A stretch of 64,000 nucleotides of DNA from Octopus vulgaris (taxonomy: Eukaryota). Each line of letters opens with the position of its first letter. Position 1 is the first letter of the stretch. Shown in pieces: positions 25,071 through 40,350 of this stretch. Under the pieces are notes generated by a model. The model was not told the origin of the DNA, ran no database searches, and saw only the letters and a program-made list of their open reading frames with translations. Made by a program: the position numbers and the translations under genes. The stretch spans positions 14,942,001 through 15,006,000 of the forward strand of contig OX597831.1 of the NCBI GenBank assembly GCA_951406725.2, written 5' to 3'.

Positions 25071-26857
25071 CGTATTATTGGGTGCAGTAAAGGTTTTGCC
25101 AGTTCGCCGCCTGAAACGAATTTCTAATAATAAATGGAGTGACACAGTAAATGAGTTAAAATGTAGGAAGTGATGTTGTTGGAGAGTGAGAAAGATCCAA
25201 TAGGCAATTGGCAGGTTATAGGGCGTCGAACAAACTGCCTTCTGGTGTTTCGTTTCAGTTTCTTCTGTGTTCGAACGTCGCCCAACCAACTTTGCCATTC
25301 TTCCTAACAGGTTCGGTAAGAAATTAAAAATTCAGTTTTCTTATTGGTAGAACTGAAAACATGTCAGAACAGAGTCCCTTAGTTACTTGTTCCGGTTGTT
25401 TGTATTTTGAGTTCAAATTCCACCATAGTATATTTCATTTTCATTTTTTCATTTTCATCCAGTTTCAGCTCACGAGCTGTGGCCATGCTGGGGCATCGCC
25501 ATATGTACGCTTGATCAATCTTTCGTCTAAATTTCAACCCAACTAACTGACACCTCGGGTGCGTCTACTGGAATTCACTCTGTCGTATCCATTCGAGCCA
25601 CATTCCCAGGTTCAGAATATCATAGTCCCTCTCATCGTCCAATCTCGGATGTTATGCAAAAATTCATGGACACCATGTTCCTTCTTCTCGAAAAGATAAC
25701 ATATGTTAGATATATAGGGTCGGGCTTGCTAAAAGCAGTGGGGTGCTACGAGAGAAAATACCGTATGAAATACAGGTGAACGTCGATAAACGGAAACAAG
25801 TACGCGCTTGTATAAAAGATTTTCGTTATACAGGTGAATGAGAAATGAGGGCAAACATTTTCGCAGATATTTTGATCTGATATATTCCTCCCGTGAACAT
25901 CCCGCCTTCTGTACGATGCGTATTTCAGACTACATTATTCGTCTCTTTCAGATATGTTATGATTTCAATAATATCTGGTTTTCGTTTGGAAGAGCGATGA
26001 GGTTATTTGAATTTATCTTCGTTGTTTTCGATGACGTAATATCTTACGTTATGCTATAGGAACGATGATTTAACACTCATACCTTATACACAAAACTTTA
26101 AAGAAGTTGTATTCTGGAATCGAATTCTTGTATCACAATCTTGAAAGTAATTTAAAAGTAGAGCCAAGATGATTGAAAGTGATTCTCAAAATCTTGATCA
26201 ATTGATTCAGTGTTGAAACTAGCGAAATTTTCCATCATTCTGCCGCATAAATCTTATTAAATTAAAATATGTTCACTGCATATTTGAAGTTAATCAATCA
26301 ACATTTGAAGCAGTAATCACATCAAACGACTGCACTTTCACTTGCCAGACGTTAAATGCAATTTTTTTTACATTTCATTTAATGTAATCTTTTTATTTAT
26401 TTATTTACTTATTTATATATTTATTTCATTCAACTACTTTAATATATTCCAGTGTAGGAAGAGTTGTCGTAGTCACTACCGCATTGGAAACCAGAAACTA
26501 TGCTTCATTTCATCTTAAAAAGCAAAACTTGTTCCTCTCATATTTTTTTTAAATAGTCATTTTTATGCAAATAACACTTTTGAAAATCACTTTCGTTCAA
26601 TCAGTAAATGGGATCGACCACAAAGAAATGTTTCCATGGTGGCTTTTTGTTTTACCTATCATTCTATAACCACGCAGCGGACATAATATCGAGACGAATA
26701 AAGGAAATAAATGGGGAAAATATAAACATTGCGATACAACTGGCGTGTCCCTTTTATGTCTTACATAGTAGACACCTTCTCTGGCGTTAACCCACCCTCC
26801 TGAAAACACCGGTCCCTATCTAGACACGTAGATTTGTTAGTACTGGTGTATTTGATT

Positions 26858-27160
26858 TTTTTACTTGCTTCAATTATTTCACTGCGGCCATGCTGGAGCA
26901 CCGCCTTTAGTCGAGCAAGTCGACCCCAGGATTTATTCTTTTTAAACCTAGTACTTATTCTATAGATAAGGCACGGGGACGTAAACACACCTGCATCGGT
27001 TGTCAAGCGATGTTGGGGGGACTAACACAGACTCACAAACATATACACACACATACATATATACATATATACGACGGGCATCTTTCAGTTTCAGTCTACC
27101 AAATCCACTCACAAGGCTTTAGTCGGCACGAAGCTATAGTGGAAGACACTTGCCCAAAGT
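26858..27160 (-). mobile_element. SINE family A
   Basis: CTGCGGCCATGCTGGAGCACCGCC..CAAATCCACTCACAAGGCTTT..GAAGACACTTGCCCAA. Confidence 0.85.
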
Positions 27161-28069
27161 TTGTAAGGAGCTAGAGACTGAAAATGGAAACGTAACACCA
27201 GTATCGAAGCATTGAAAAATGTTTCAGCGTTCTGAAATCATCAGAACACCCAAATTTATCCGGCGAGTTCAACAGGCAATTGATTACAATCTCAGAAACT
27301 CCACAAAGTCCATGTGTCAGATCTAAAGTGCTCTGAAACAAACTGAAAAATGCTACAGAAGACGATTTGATCTCATTTTTCTCAAACGAGAAACACTTTG
27401 ACCAAGATCTAAAAGTTAATAGGAAAAATGACAGATGATTATGTTTAGACCTTTCGGAACTTTAAAGTGTTATGCATACAAAATTTCCTGCAAGTGTCAT
27501 GGTTTCATGGATTGTCAACAAGGAAGGACACGTGATGCATCCTTACTTCTCTCCAGAAGGACTTAGAGTTAATTGAGGTCCTGGAAATAATTGTTAAGCT
27601 CCAGATAGACAGTGTATGCAATAGAAAGCCACATGTGTTTGAGTAGGACTCTGCACTATCACACATGGCTCTAGTAACACAGGAATGGATGGCTGAAGAT
27701 TTTCACGATCACATAGCCCCTGACATTTGGCTTCCTAATTCCCCCGGTGTCAATCCATTGGACAATTACATGTGAAGCGTTGTTAGGCGAGAGGTCAATG
27801 AACACACACATAACACCAAAGATTTTTTGAAAGCTGCCACATTCAGAGTAATGCTCAAAATGAACCACGACCACTTGCTTCGAGCATGTAGGTGATTTAG
27901 ATCTCATACAGAAGCAGCTATTAAAGCTGATGTTGGTTTCATTCTATAATATTATAGAAAAGAAAGTTTATTTTTATCCTCAGAGCATTTGATAAATAAA
28001 TTTATTATCTGTTATTATGTATCTGTTTTTTTTTTATAAACATAACTTTGCTCTCAAATATGCATCCTG
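27161..28069 (+). mobile_element. IS630-Tc1-mariner DD37D (maT-like) transposon remnant
   Basis: IRTPKFIRRVQQAI..FSNEKHF..TKFPASVMV..FE*DSALSH..WLPNSPGVNPLDNY; 37 residues between second and third Asp; ends CATCCTG followed by TA. Confidence 0.85.
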
Positions 28070-28812
28070 TATATCTTTAATACACAAGGAATGGTTTTTA
28101 ACAACCATCGAGACTCTATTCTCAGACGACCTTTAGAATGCCATCGACAAGATTTTCTCCCATAACTAAGGGATGAAAATGATTATATAAACTAGACAGT
28201 TAACTCTCGATGCCAAAACAATTAAATAAAGCCAAGAGAAGTTATATCAGTTGAAATGTTAAACTCACGGCTTTTTAAGAATCCACATAGAAATATTGTA
28301 TAAGTACTGATATACAAAGTTCTGTAATAGCTGAATGCTATTTTAATTTGAGCTATTTTATCATGATAACTGATATGTTCAATTATATGGCAGAGTTTCT
28401 CGATCAGAAATAGCTCACCGAATAATAAAACAAGAAAGAATAAATATATAAGAAGCAACGATCGAGATGTTTGTTGCAATAAAAAAGTCTTATTTGAGAT
28501 CAGTTAGCGTTCACATAAAAAAAGAAATTAATTGTACGGAATGAAAGGCTTTTAAACGTTTTATCGTTTTATTAACAGACAAATAAAAAAGAAATTGTTT
28601 TTCTGTTTTGGAAACAAAAGGAAAATCGAAGAACTTTTGAGTGAAATAAAGTAACGAAAGTATAATTGTGTAGTTCCGAAGTTCTTATATGAATGTTATG
28701 GCTTTCTGTTCAGGCACTCTCTGCGGTATTTTGGGCAAATGTCGATATATTCCAGGGTCGATTATTGGTTTTACACACACGTTCACACACACACACACAC
28801 ACACACACACGC

Positions 28813-28892
<80 letters not shown>

Positions 28893-28982
28893 ACTAAGAC
28901 AGCAGATAACTCAACGGCCGAGATAAATATCAATTAAACAGTTCATATATACTTACCATTTGAGTTCTAAGATATATGTGTG

Positions 28983-29024
<42 letters not shown>

Positions 29025-30645
29025 TTGGATTCAGATTTTTGTCTTTTACGTCCCGGCAGGAAAGTGCTTCACAAACAAAAAATTGGTAGAAGAATTATGA
29101 TCCAAGGAAGTACCTGGTTCAATTTGACTTACTAAAGCTTTAGATTGGTACCTAGCATGGCCGCAGCTGAACGTCTTCAAGCAGTGAAATCATAAATGAG
29201 TTAATTTCCTCCGGTGATATCCCCTCCAGTGTGTCCCTACCCAAACATGTCTACGGGGAAACGATTTCCAGTGCGTGATATTCTCGTCCACTATTTATTT
29301 ATTGTATGTTCTTGAATATATAACCCAACACAATCTTCCCGCTTTCAAAACAACGATATATAATTTGTGATATTCTTGTCAATTTTAAGTGGATCATAAA
29401 CGGAAACATGATTTTATGTTGTATAACTAAAATGAAAATTACTGTTTTTGCAAACTCATTGATCGGTCTCTTTACTTATCCATGTAGGGTAAATGGATGT
29501 CAGAGACCTCGGTTAACTATAAATTACAATGTTCGTGTCAAAAGAGGAAGTAAAACATACAGTGAAGTGACATTATGCCCTGTTATTTTATCTATAAAAA
29601 CGGTGCATATACAAATTTTTCACCGTAGATATAACGTGCACGCATTTCGCTGAAATCTCACGTACAAATGAAATAATATGGTTATTTCAATGAAAATAAG
29701 TTGTGACATTTGTTAATCCAGCTCCAAATAGTATTAAAGAAAGCTAAATATTTGAGCATCTAACTACCTTGTCTGTCTCTAAAAATGACTTTCGATAGAT
29801 ATCCGTCTCGCTTCTCGGACCAAAGGACAAGTTGTCTTTTTGCCTCGTGTAAGAGATTTCACTTTAAGTTGGTTCAGTCCAAACTCACTCAGATGAAAAA
29901 AGCAGCCAGTGAGTGCTTCGACAGGTTTAATCTGTCCCAGAGAGAGGCGACCTCTTTAGTGCGAATCTTGTACTCTCAGTCCCTTAAACGCAACAAAAAT
30001 AGGAAACACTGGCCAAATTGTTTGAAATCAGGGAAATCGATATTTTGATGTTTCACTTTTGGGAATCGTCGGTCACTAATCACTTATCTCTCACTTTAAA
30101 AAAATATATTTTGATATCACAGCAGAAATGATAGCAAGAAACATGATGATGATGAAGGAGAAATAAAACAGCAGCGAACTCCGGGAGAAAATCGAATACA
30201 AAATGGTTTGGGGATTGCAATGATTGATCTCAACTAGAAATTTTCGATAAATCAACACTGGAAATGATTAGACGCCAGTGTAAATATCACGAAAATAAAG
30301 ATATTGATTTACTTCTGAGGATTAAGTTACAAACTAAGATTAGTAAATGATCAACGAATTGTGAAGGCAACTTTAAGAGAAAATTAATAAAAATGATTAA
30401 ATAGTTCTCTCTTTAAACCTGTAATTTATCACCTGGCAATTAACAAACATTCCTATACATGCATTCCGATTTAAAAAAAAACGTATACGAAAACACAAGC
30501 ATGTATACATGTATACTAGTGTATGAAACTCTACAAATTTACATGCATACTTACATACGTGCCTACATACATATATACATGCATACATAATTCGTACATA
30601 CATACGTACATAGATAAATATAAACATGCATACATACATACACAC

Positions 30646-30723
<78 letters not shown>

Positions 30724-31069
30724 ATGTATATATATATACGCAGATCTAATTCATTACTGGAACTGTGAAATTCTGTAAATCTTTCCAGAAGTTTATCATT
30801 TAAATATATATATGAGCATATCTAGATATGCAACGATATCTATTAGAATACATACATAAAGCAAAACAGACAAATCAACACTTATACATACAAACAAAAA
30901 TACTCTGTTGTTGATGTTGAAATTCAAATGAAAGAGCATTGGATCTAGGTTAGAAACCGACTCTTTTCTCATTGGCAAAAGATAGTGAAATAAAACTGAA
31001 GAATGACATTACAAAAATTCGCCATCTGAGATTCTCTTAGAGAATATATGCACACACTTGAATGTACGT

Positions 31070-31190
31070 GTATCCCTGTGCTCCGCAAATGGTATGCCAC
31101 GAGATGATGCTAGGTGTGCCGCAGTGTAACCTGAATATACTTTGTTCCCTAACTTTGAATGATATTTTTTGTTCACATGTGCCGCCGAAT
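31070..31190. mobile_element. Possible hAT-like DNA transposon subterminal fragment
   Basis: Repeated TGTGCCGC-like motifs; no terminal inverted repeat pair found. Confidence 0.3.
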
Positions 31191-31697
31191 TTTGAAAAGA
31201 ACATAAGTGTAGCGTAAATGACAAAGGCTGCGAAGCCTTTAGGTGAATAGACTGCATTCAACTAATAGCTCAACCAACACACTAACTTGGCCACATATTT
31301 ACAAACAACGGGGACCCTCTCTAATACAAAACGTTTTGTCGCATTTTTAGGAATTGGCTGTATATTCGAAACTTCCAGCATGCAGTATATTTTCTTTATT
31401 GACAAACAGTGTTTGATTAAATTTTCTCTATTAATAAATTACACAGTAACACAAAAATCAAACGAAATCTTATGTATAAGGTGTGTTTGGAAAATCACTG
31501 ACTTACTAGCAACCAAATATAAAATTAATTAAGTGAAAACATGTTCAGCTGGACATGTATGGATTAGGTTAAGAGGAATACATTTGAGTGACTTGTAGTA
31601 TTTATCTCACTGATCCAAGTAAGGAAGCACAACGAAATCAGAAATACTTTTTAGAGGGAATTCATCAATTCAGAGCAAGTAGGTGAGATTTGTAAAC

Positions 31698-32625
<928 letters not shown>

Positions 32626-32833
32626 GAAAGATAGCAGTGAATACAATTACACGAACTTGTTATAAATGGGATCAGCGAAGAAAGGACGTCCAACTATGTC
32701 AGAGACTATCGTTAATACTGCCGGAGAAGCTATTAAGAATAATGTCTGTATGTCTGTTCGTTATATTGTGCATAGAGCCAATCTCCGAAAGGCATCGATG
32801 CAGAACATTCTGAAAGTAAATTATTCCCAAATA

Positions 32834-32888
<55 letters not shown>

Positions 32889-33059
32889 AACATATCTCTA
32901 TCAATTTCGGGTCTGCAAAAGGAAGTCGCATGGTTTGAGTTTTTTCTATATAGAATAATATCTGTATTTCATAGATACGCTTGCCAACTTCTAGGCTTTC
33001 TTTGTTAGGTTGCCTATTTCTTCTTTGTGTGGACATCGTAGTAGTTTTTGGAAAGGTAC

Positions 33060-33275
33060 TAGCCACCTCGTTGGACTGGAGAGGAAGCCAAGATTCCTAT
33101 TGCAAAGAAGGCCCGTCCGTTGCAGAGTAAACCATTTTCAATTGACAGAGAGGACAGAAGCAACGTAAAATGAAGTGTTTTGTTCAAGATCACAAAGCAC
33201 TGCCGGATTGAGAATCGAAACCACGATATTACAACCACGAATAAAACACTGTAGCCATTAAACCATAGCCTTCCA
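33060..33275 (-). mobile_element. SINE family D, degenerate
   Basis: GCAACGTAAAATGAAGTGTTTTGTTCAAGA..GAATCGAAACCACGA, reverse-similar to the 12197-12520 head. Confidence 0.5.
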
Positions 33276-33683
33276 CACACGCACACACACACACAAGCAC
33301 ACACACACACACATACACCCAGGAATATATGTAGGTAGCGAGATTGTCTCGCCTTCACTCCCAGTCGGTGCAAATACCGTGTATAATGCATTTGTAAATT
33401 TACTCTATGCGCCCAAAGAATCCTGAACAGATTTAAACATTCGACCGTTTCTAGATCCTTTACGGACGAAACGTTCCTGCTGGTAGGGAGGGCCTCTGGC
33501 GTGAGAATGTTGCACTAATACGGTTTTTGAATTTACGATTGTGAAAAATCAGAATCAAAGTCGTTTTTGATTTGAACTCAGAACGCAGAAAATAATAACT
33601 TATATCGGAACGCCTTTCTGGATGATGTTTGAACGGCTTGCCAATCGGCTAACTTATAATTAAATAAATATACATACATTTAC

Positions 33684-33717
<34 letters not shown>

Positions 33718-34841
33718 TTACACACACATGTGTGTGTGTTTGTGTATGTGTGTGCCATGTTTTTATGTACATAGGATGTGTTGTAATCTATGACTCACCT
33801 CTACCCTTATAGGAAGCTAGTTAGAATTAGTCTCAGGAATACAACGGCAACAACCGAAAATCGAAATCTATAAAACCACAAAAGAACATATTGTAACAAG
33901 TTAATTATATATTAGGCAATATTTTTTTGCTAATTACTTTCAATTGATTCGTTTTATTAGCAATAAACTTCCGGTTGATACTCATCTTTATTTATTCAAG
34001 TCGAACCAAAACCAATAATGACATATTTACACTTCCTCTGTTCTGCTATGTTAAACAAGTCTCGCAGGAATTTTGGAATTGGTTAATTAATTGTTAGACA
34101 CTCGATAGATTTTATAAGAAAAAACACAAAATAACTTCCTTAGAACCAAACTCAGAAGTATTTTATTAAACCGAAGAAAGTTGTACACCATAACCAATTA
34201 TTTTCTCTATTGCTTCTCTTGTCCTTCCCGTGGCCATTTTTTGTTGTTCTTCCAGTTTCTTCTTTTTTTTTCTTCTGGTTGTTTTTGTTGCTGTCGTAGT
34301 TGTTGAGCGAAGAAGTCAGACATGATCGATGAGAAGAGTCGCCGTCGGTTATTTCTCCCATGGCCTTTTCTTCTTGTTTCGTTTTTATTTTTCCTGATGT
34401 TTGCGGTGTTTAGCGACACAGGTCAACCAATGTTTGAACAGATCTTTCATATAAGACACATTATTACTAAGATCATCCTCTGATTTATTGCATGTAAAAT
34501 GTCTGTTTTTGGTCTGATTGCCGTTGTCGTTTCATTCAACAGATTTATGTTGACCGTATTTCATCTCCTCGCCATCGCGTCTGTTATGACGGTTATGCAG
34601 AAGTAGAGTGTACAATATTTTGCGAATTATATAAGATGTTGAATTTGAGAATTATTCATGATAAGGTTGCTATTCTTAGCAAGTGAGAGAACATTTCCAC
34701 CTTAATCATTTATAGAAACACTTATATATACACCAACACATACGTACGTATCCACACACATACACACACACGCACACACATATACGAGAGTGTAGATGAA
34801 TAAATAAATGCATGTGGATGTATGTCATTCTCTCTTTCTTT

Positions 34842-34897
<56 letters not shown>

Positions 34898-34904
34898 GTA
34901 AATA

Positions 34905-35120
34905 TTGGTTTCGTGTCTTGGCACAATGCCAGCAATTCCAGGAGGATGGTAAGTCGGTTATATCGACCCCAGTGCTCGACTGCTACTTATTTTATTCTCT
35001 CCGGAAGGATGAAAGGCAAATTCAATCCCGGCGGAATTTGAACTCGCAAATTTAAGACGGAGGAAACGCTGCTAAACACTTTTTAATGATGTGTTAAAGA
35101 TTCTGCCGGTTCGCCGTCTT
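34905..35120 (-). mobile_element. SINE family C
   Basis: TCGACCCCAGT..GGATGAAAGGCAAA..GGCGGAATTTGAACTC..TTCTGCCGGTTCGCCG. Confidence 0.7.
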
Positions 35121-35179
35121 GTATATAGGTAAATATTAACACATAATAGCGCGAATAATAATAATAATAATATTTATTA

Positions 35180-35333
<154 letters not shown>

Positions 35334-35604
35334 TACATGTGTATGTACATACATACGGACATATATATGTATGAAATTTGGTAATCAGATTTACGTTACA
35401 AAGTTGCCTTTCGGCTCCCATAAAGTATTCAATGGCAGTTTGATTGAGCATTAATGATACAGTTGACTTCATTCTAGTCTATGTTGTCCATCAGGAGGAC
35501 TTAAATGAAGCTTCATTAATGTAATTCATTAGACAGGTTTACCTCAAAGTCATTTACTGTGTGAACCCAACGCAGTCAAATTAGACATACTTTTCTATTC
35601 TGCA

Positions 35605-35650
<46 letters not shown>

Positions 35651-35678
35651 TTATCTATATGCAAGTGTATATATATAA

Positions 35679-35744
<66 letters not shown>

Positions 35745-36908
35745 ATATATATATATATTTTCTTTTTGTGCCGGTACAATTTCCACAATTTTTTTTTATT
35801 TTCCTAAAATTTTCGTTGCGTCTTGCAACTTTTTCAATAGTCTTGGCTCTGTCCGTTATTCACGCTGCGTCCCTTTCTGTTTGTTTGTGCGCATGTGTGT
35901 GTGTGCATGTGTTTGTATATGCATGCACCCCTGTCTCCTTGTGGGTGCATGTCTGAGTGTGTGTGTGTGGGGGGGGGGTGTTTTGCAACTGTGTACTGTG
36001 CTTGTATGTATTTAAGTGTGCAATAACTGATAAACAGCCAGATGGAGCCGTCACATTTGGAACGTCTGCCATAGATTTGCCTGATTACTGCGAAACTTGG
36101 GATAAGATTTAAAACAACGGTAGCAACAAAAGTAACAACAACAAGAAAAACAACGACAGCAATATGACCGATCTTTGGTATTATGACTTCAAGCGTAACA
36201 GTTTATCAGTGTTAGCCATATTCTAGCGTGGCTCCTTCATTTGACGCCGTTATCATTTATTTAAAAGCATAGATTCTCCTATGAAAATGGCGTGGGAGGG
36301 TTTAGTGCTTTCACTGCTAAGTAAAATGTATCTCTATGGCAGAACAGACAAATATGTTCTATAAGAATGAGATACGATTATATTTATGTATAATATACGC
36401 ACAAACGCACATACATATATATTTATATATATATAGTCAGTGTGGCTGGCTTACTGTTATCTGTGCCAATTCTATAGTTGGCCATTGTACATATGTTCAA
36501 ACTGCTAATTCCGATAAGTATAGTTGTTTGTTTCCCTTTGATCTAACGCATAAACTTCAACCCTTTGGTCACCCCTAATTAATATCATGACAGTTACAGG
36601 AACATTATTCTGCAGGGGGTGGGTGTTCAGCTGGACGCCTCAGTAATGATATACACTTTATACACACACACACACACACGCACGCACACACTAACTTATA
36701 TATATATATATATATATATAACATTCAAATTATCAACGCTTGGTTTTGTGATTATTCCGATTTTATGCGACTCATATTCATAACAATGGAGTCTGTTACT
36801 CTGATAATGTGGTTATAATTCAGCAAGTATACATACTAGAATAATAAGCAGCAGAATGTGTTGGAAACTTCTGTTCAAATGTAACCAAATTTATAACTGA
36901 ATATATGA

Positions 36909-37006
<98 letters not shown>

Positions 37007-37008
37007 AT

Positions 37009-37046
<38 letters not shown>

Positions 37047-37176
37047 TTTTATATCTGCATATATTGTTAGAGGACGTTACCAACTGTGTAAACAACATGA
37101 AATACGAAAACAAACGAGTTAAACACGCAGACAAAGAGAGAAAATCGAAAACGGGACAAGTAAACACGGAGAAATG

Positions 37177-37241
37177 ACTCTTCATCAGTTGTCGACTGTC
37201 TATCTACTCCTCATTTCGAGCATTAAGCGACAATATGAGAA
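37177..37241 (-). ncRNA. Non-circularly permuted hammerhead ribozyme candidate (best preserved)
   Basis: Minus: TTCTCATA^TTGTCG-CTTAAT-GCTC-GAAA-TGAGGA..CGACAA-CTGATGA-A-GAGT; stem III 7 bp, stem I 6 bp, stem II 4 bp. Confidence 0.8.
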
Positions 37242-37494
37242 TTCAAAAACCGTTGCACCCATGAATTCTAAAATACAATTTAGGATTTATGGAGGGACAA
37301 AGTTGAGAGCAAAAACAGGAGGGTGGAGACATAAAAGGAAACCGAACAAAAACAAACATGGAGGGACGGTAGACCAGAACTAGGCGCGCACACACACAAC
37401 GACACACACACACAGCACCCAAACAGACACACATATCTATATGGTAAATGGTAAATGAAAGATGGATGATGAAATATACCAGTATTTATCATCA

Positions 37495-37599
37495 TTCCCG
37501 ACAATATTTCGACACATCTAGCATCGATCCCTCACGGGTGGGATATTTAACAATAGTTTCAGGGACATCCGACAGTGCAGATGTGTCTCGTCAGGTGAT
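37495..37599 (-). ncRNA. Type I hammerhead with long stem II loop
   Basis: Minus: ATCAC-CTGACGA-GACACATCT..AGATGTGTC-GAAAT-ATT-GTC-GGGAA; perfect 9-bp stem II, stem I partly decayed. Confidence 0.65.
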
Positions 37600-39609
37600 A
37601 AATGGATGTAACTCGTTAAAATACCATTTCTGCAATGTATCTTTTCATTCCATGTAAAGAGAAGCAGTAAAACAAAGGATATATCTTCATTTATATCAAT
37701 AATAAACAGATGCAAAAGAAGAAACGAACACGCAATACAGTGAGGAAAGTTCTAAAATTAACCGTTAACGGATAACAAACAAGTGGTAAAATGTACACTA
37801 CATATGTTTCGTAGCTAGCTGAAAGGTATTATCTAATAATCATACAAAGGGTAACGCTCAACATAACTAATCACCAGGCTAAGATTACTATGATGAAATT
37901 AGGGCTACAGTGTTGCTCAGAACTACCAACTCAACACTGCCGCAGTGCTGTGTTGAAATGAATGATTGATGGGTAGGGGTTTCAGTAGTTTAAAATTAAA
38001 TATCAAACGTTAAAGAAAAAGAAAACAAAACGTCAAGAAATGCCCATGAAATACATAGAATACTGATGTAACTAAATCATGCGAAAGGATTGAATAAAAT
38101 GATTATATAAAAGAAACACACGCACTGAAGAAACTTAAATTCTAATTACTTTGAATCGTGAAGTTGTTTTGTTTCGAATAATTTAGCAAAATGTTCTTCG
38201 CTGTATAACAATGAATGTATTCTTACAATTTCTGAGGTTATTCGCGCAAAGCCAATGCAGAGAGGAACGATTTGATTATAGAACGCAACATCCCCGATGC
38301 AATTTCAATCTATTGGCCGGTTGACAATTTTTCCTCTATTTGTCTTTTATATTTCGCCTGTTTCAGTCGTTAGACTCTGATCATTTCCGGTCGCCGCCTC
38401 GTGTGAAATTTATACTCAGTGAAATTAATTGATATTTAATTAAAATAAGTTTAATGCATGAAATTCATTATAATAATTGCAGGAATAACTATTATATCAT
38501 GACATCAAAACATAGTTGAAATCCGATCTATTGATCCGACAGTGAAATCTAGATACTCCAGAAATTATCTGACACGAAAGAACGTTCTTTCCCCCGATAG
38601 GAAAGCTTCAACGACACACGATCTACATCTGCGTATACCCCTTCACATACCCGCATCTATACACAAACATATTTTTCAAATTATTTTTTGATTATTCTAT
38701 TAAGCGTCCTTATTACGGTTTTGGAAATAAATAAATGCTGCACACGTATTGTGTGCTCTCTCCCCTAACGATTTTGAAGTTTTATGTAAACCTGTATTTA
38801 AAACTCACACTCAAGCAAGTGCACATACACTTACAAACACACTAGCACGCATACACAAATATGTATATACCTATATATGCATATACATACACCCATATAC
38901 ACACATATACATGCATACATACATATATATATATATATATACATACATCTATATGTGTGTGTGAATGTGTGCGCGCGTGTGTGTATTCGAAATTTAAGCA
39001 GGCATTTAATTATTTCTAGCTAGTCTTAATGCATGCTTAACTTCATTGACGTGTACATCATGTTTTTCAATTTTTCTCCCTGCACTAAATCTTTCAGTAA
39101 TTGAAGCTACATGTGGACAGTCTGCCTATGTTTTTACAGCTAATTTACAGCTCCAACACACTTCTTTTTGGTTTCCTTTCCGTATATTTTTTCCATTTAA
39201 ATTATTTTGGTTTTCTTGTTTTGTAATCAAAACTTAATTATGGATTCCTCCTTAAACCTGCAATAATTTTAATGTCTAATATTTTTGTTATTCTTAATTA
39301 TTTTATAAAAAAATTTAAAAAGAACCAAATCTTAATTATTTTTGAAGTAATTTGTATTGCAATAATTTAGTAAACAAATTTCGTTTGTGTGTAGAAGATG
39401 GTGGAAGTGAACACAGTTGAAATCACTTATTATAAAGAGGAGGACATTCGTGGGATTTTTGGTGAGAAGAATGGAGTTAATTAGAAGCCATTTGGTGTTA
39501 CGTCGTTCTACCAATGTGTAGCTTCATATCGCTAGGATTTCAGTTCCAATTGTCGGCCGATTCACTTTTGTTTACGTAAATATTGCGGGTTGGTCAGTGT
39601 AGTAACTGG

Positions 39610-40350
39610 TTTCAAATGTTGGCACAAGGCCAGCAATTTCGAGAGGGGAGGAGTAAGTCGATTACATCGACTCCCAGTACTCGTTAATACTTATTTTATG
39701 GAGTACAAAATAAATGAATGGGGAAGTCAACCTCGGCGGAATTTGAACGCAGAACGTAAATATGAACAAAATACCGCTATTGATTTTGCTGATGTGGTAA
39801 TGATGTTAGCAGCTCATCGCCTTCTGAATATGATAATTGAACTGTAGCCATGCTTATTTATTCGACTCGATTTATTTGCAATGCGAATCAACCATTTTTA
39901 ACGATAGTGTTTTGGCCTTCTGCTGCAAATCCACCATTACAATAATAATTCAAATAATATTTTCAACAACAAAGCCTGAAATTTCAGGTGGGTGGAGAAC
40001 TAGTCGATCACATCGACCTCAGAGCTCAACTGGCTCCTATTTTTTCGACATTGAAAAGATGTAAGACAATGTTGACCTCCTCGGATTTAGAACTCAAAAT
40101 ATAATCACGGACGAAATGTCACTAAATATTTTGTCCGGCGTGCATATTTTTCTGCCAGTTCATTCTCTTAATCATTCCAGTAACAACCTTTTAATTTTGG
40201 CTCAAAGCCAGCAATTTTGTGTAGATTAGGAGGAAGTCGATTTTATTGAGCCTAGCGATTAAGATCTATTTATTTTATCGACCTCGAAAGACAAAGCCGA
40301 TCTAGGTGACACTTGAAATCAAAATACAAAGAGCCAGATAAAGGCCGCCA
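39610..40350 (-). mobile_element. Cluster of three degenerate SINE family C copies
   Basis: Repeated (G/C)ACAAGGCCAGCAATTT..AGTCGAT..GACCTC..ATTTGAAC motifs near 39620, 39970 and 40200. Confidence 0.6.

Noticed and set aside
34152-34620. Lys/Arg-rich minus-strand ORFs
   Set aside because: Low complexity, stops upstream, no splice or domain support
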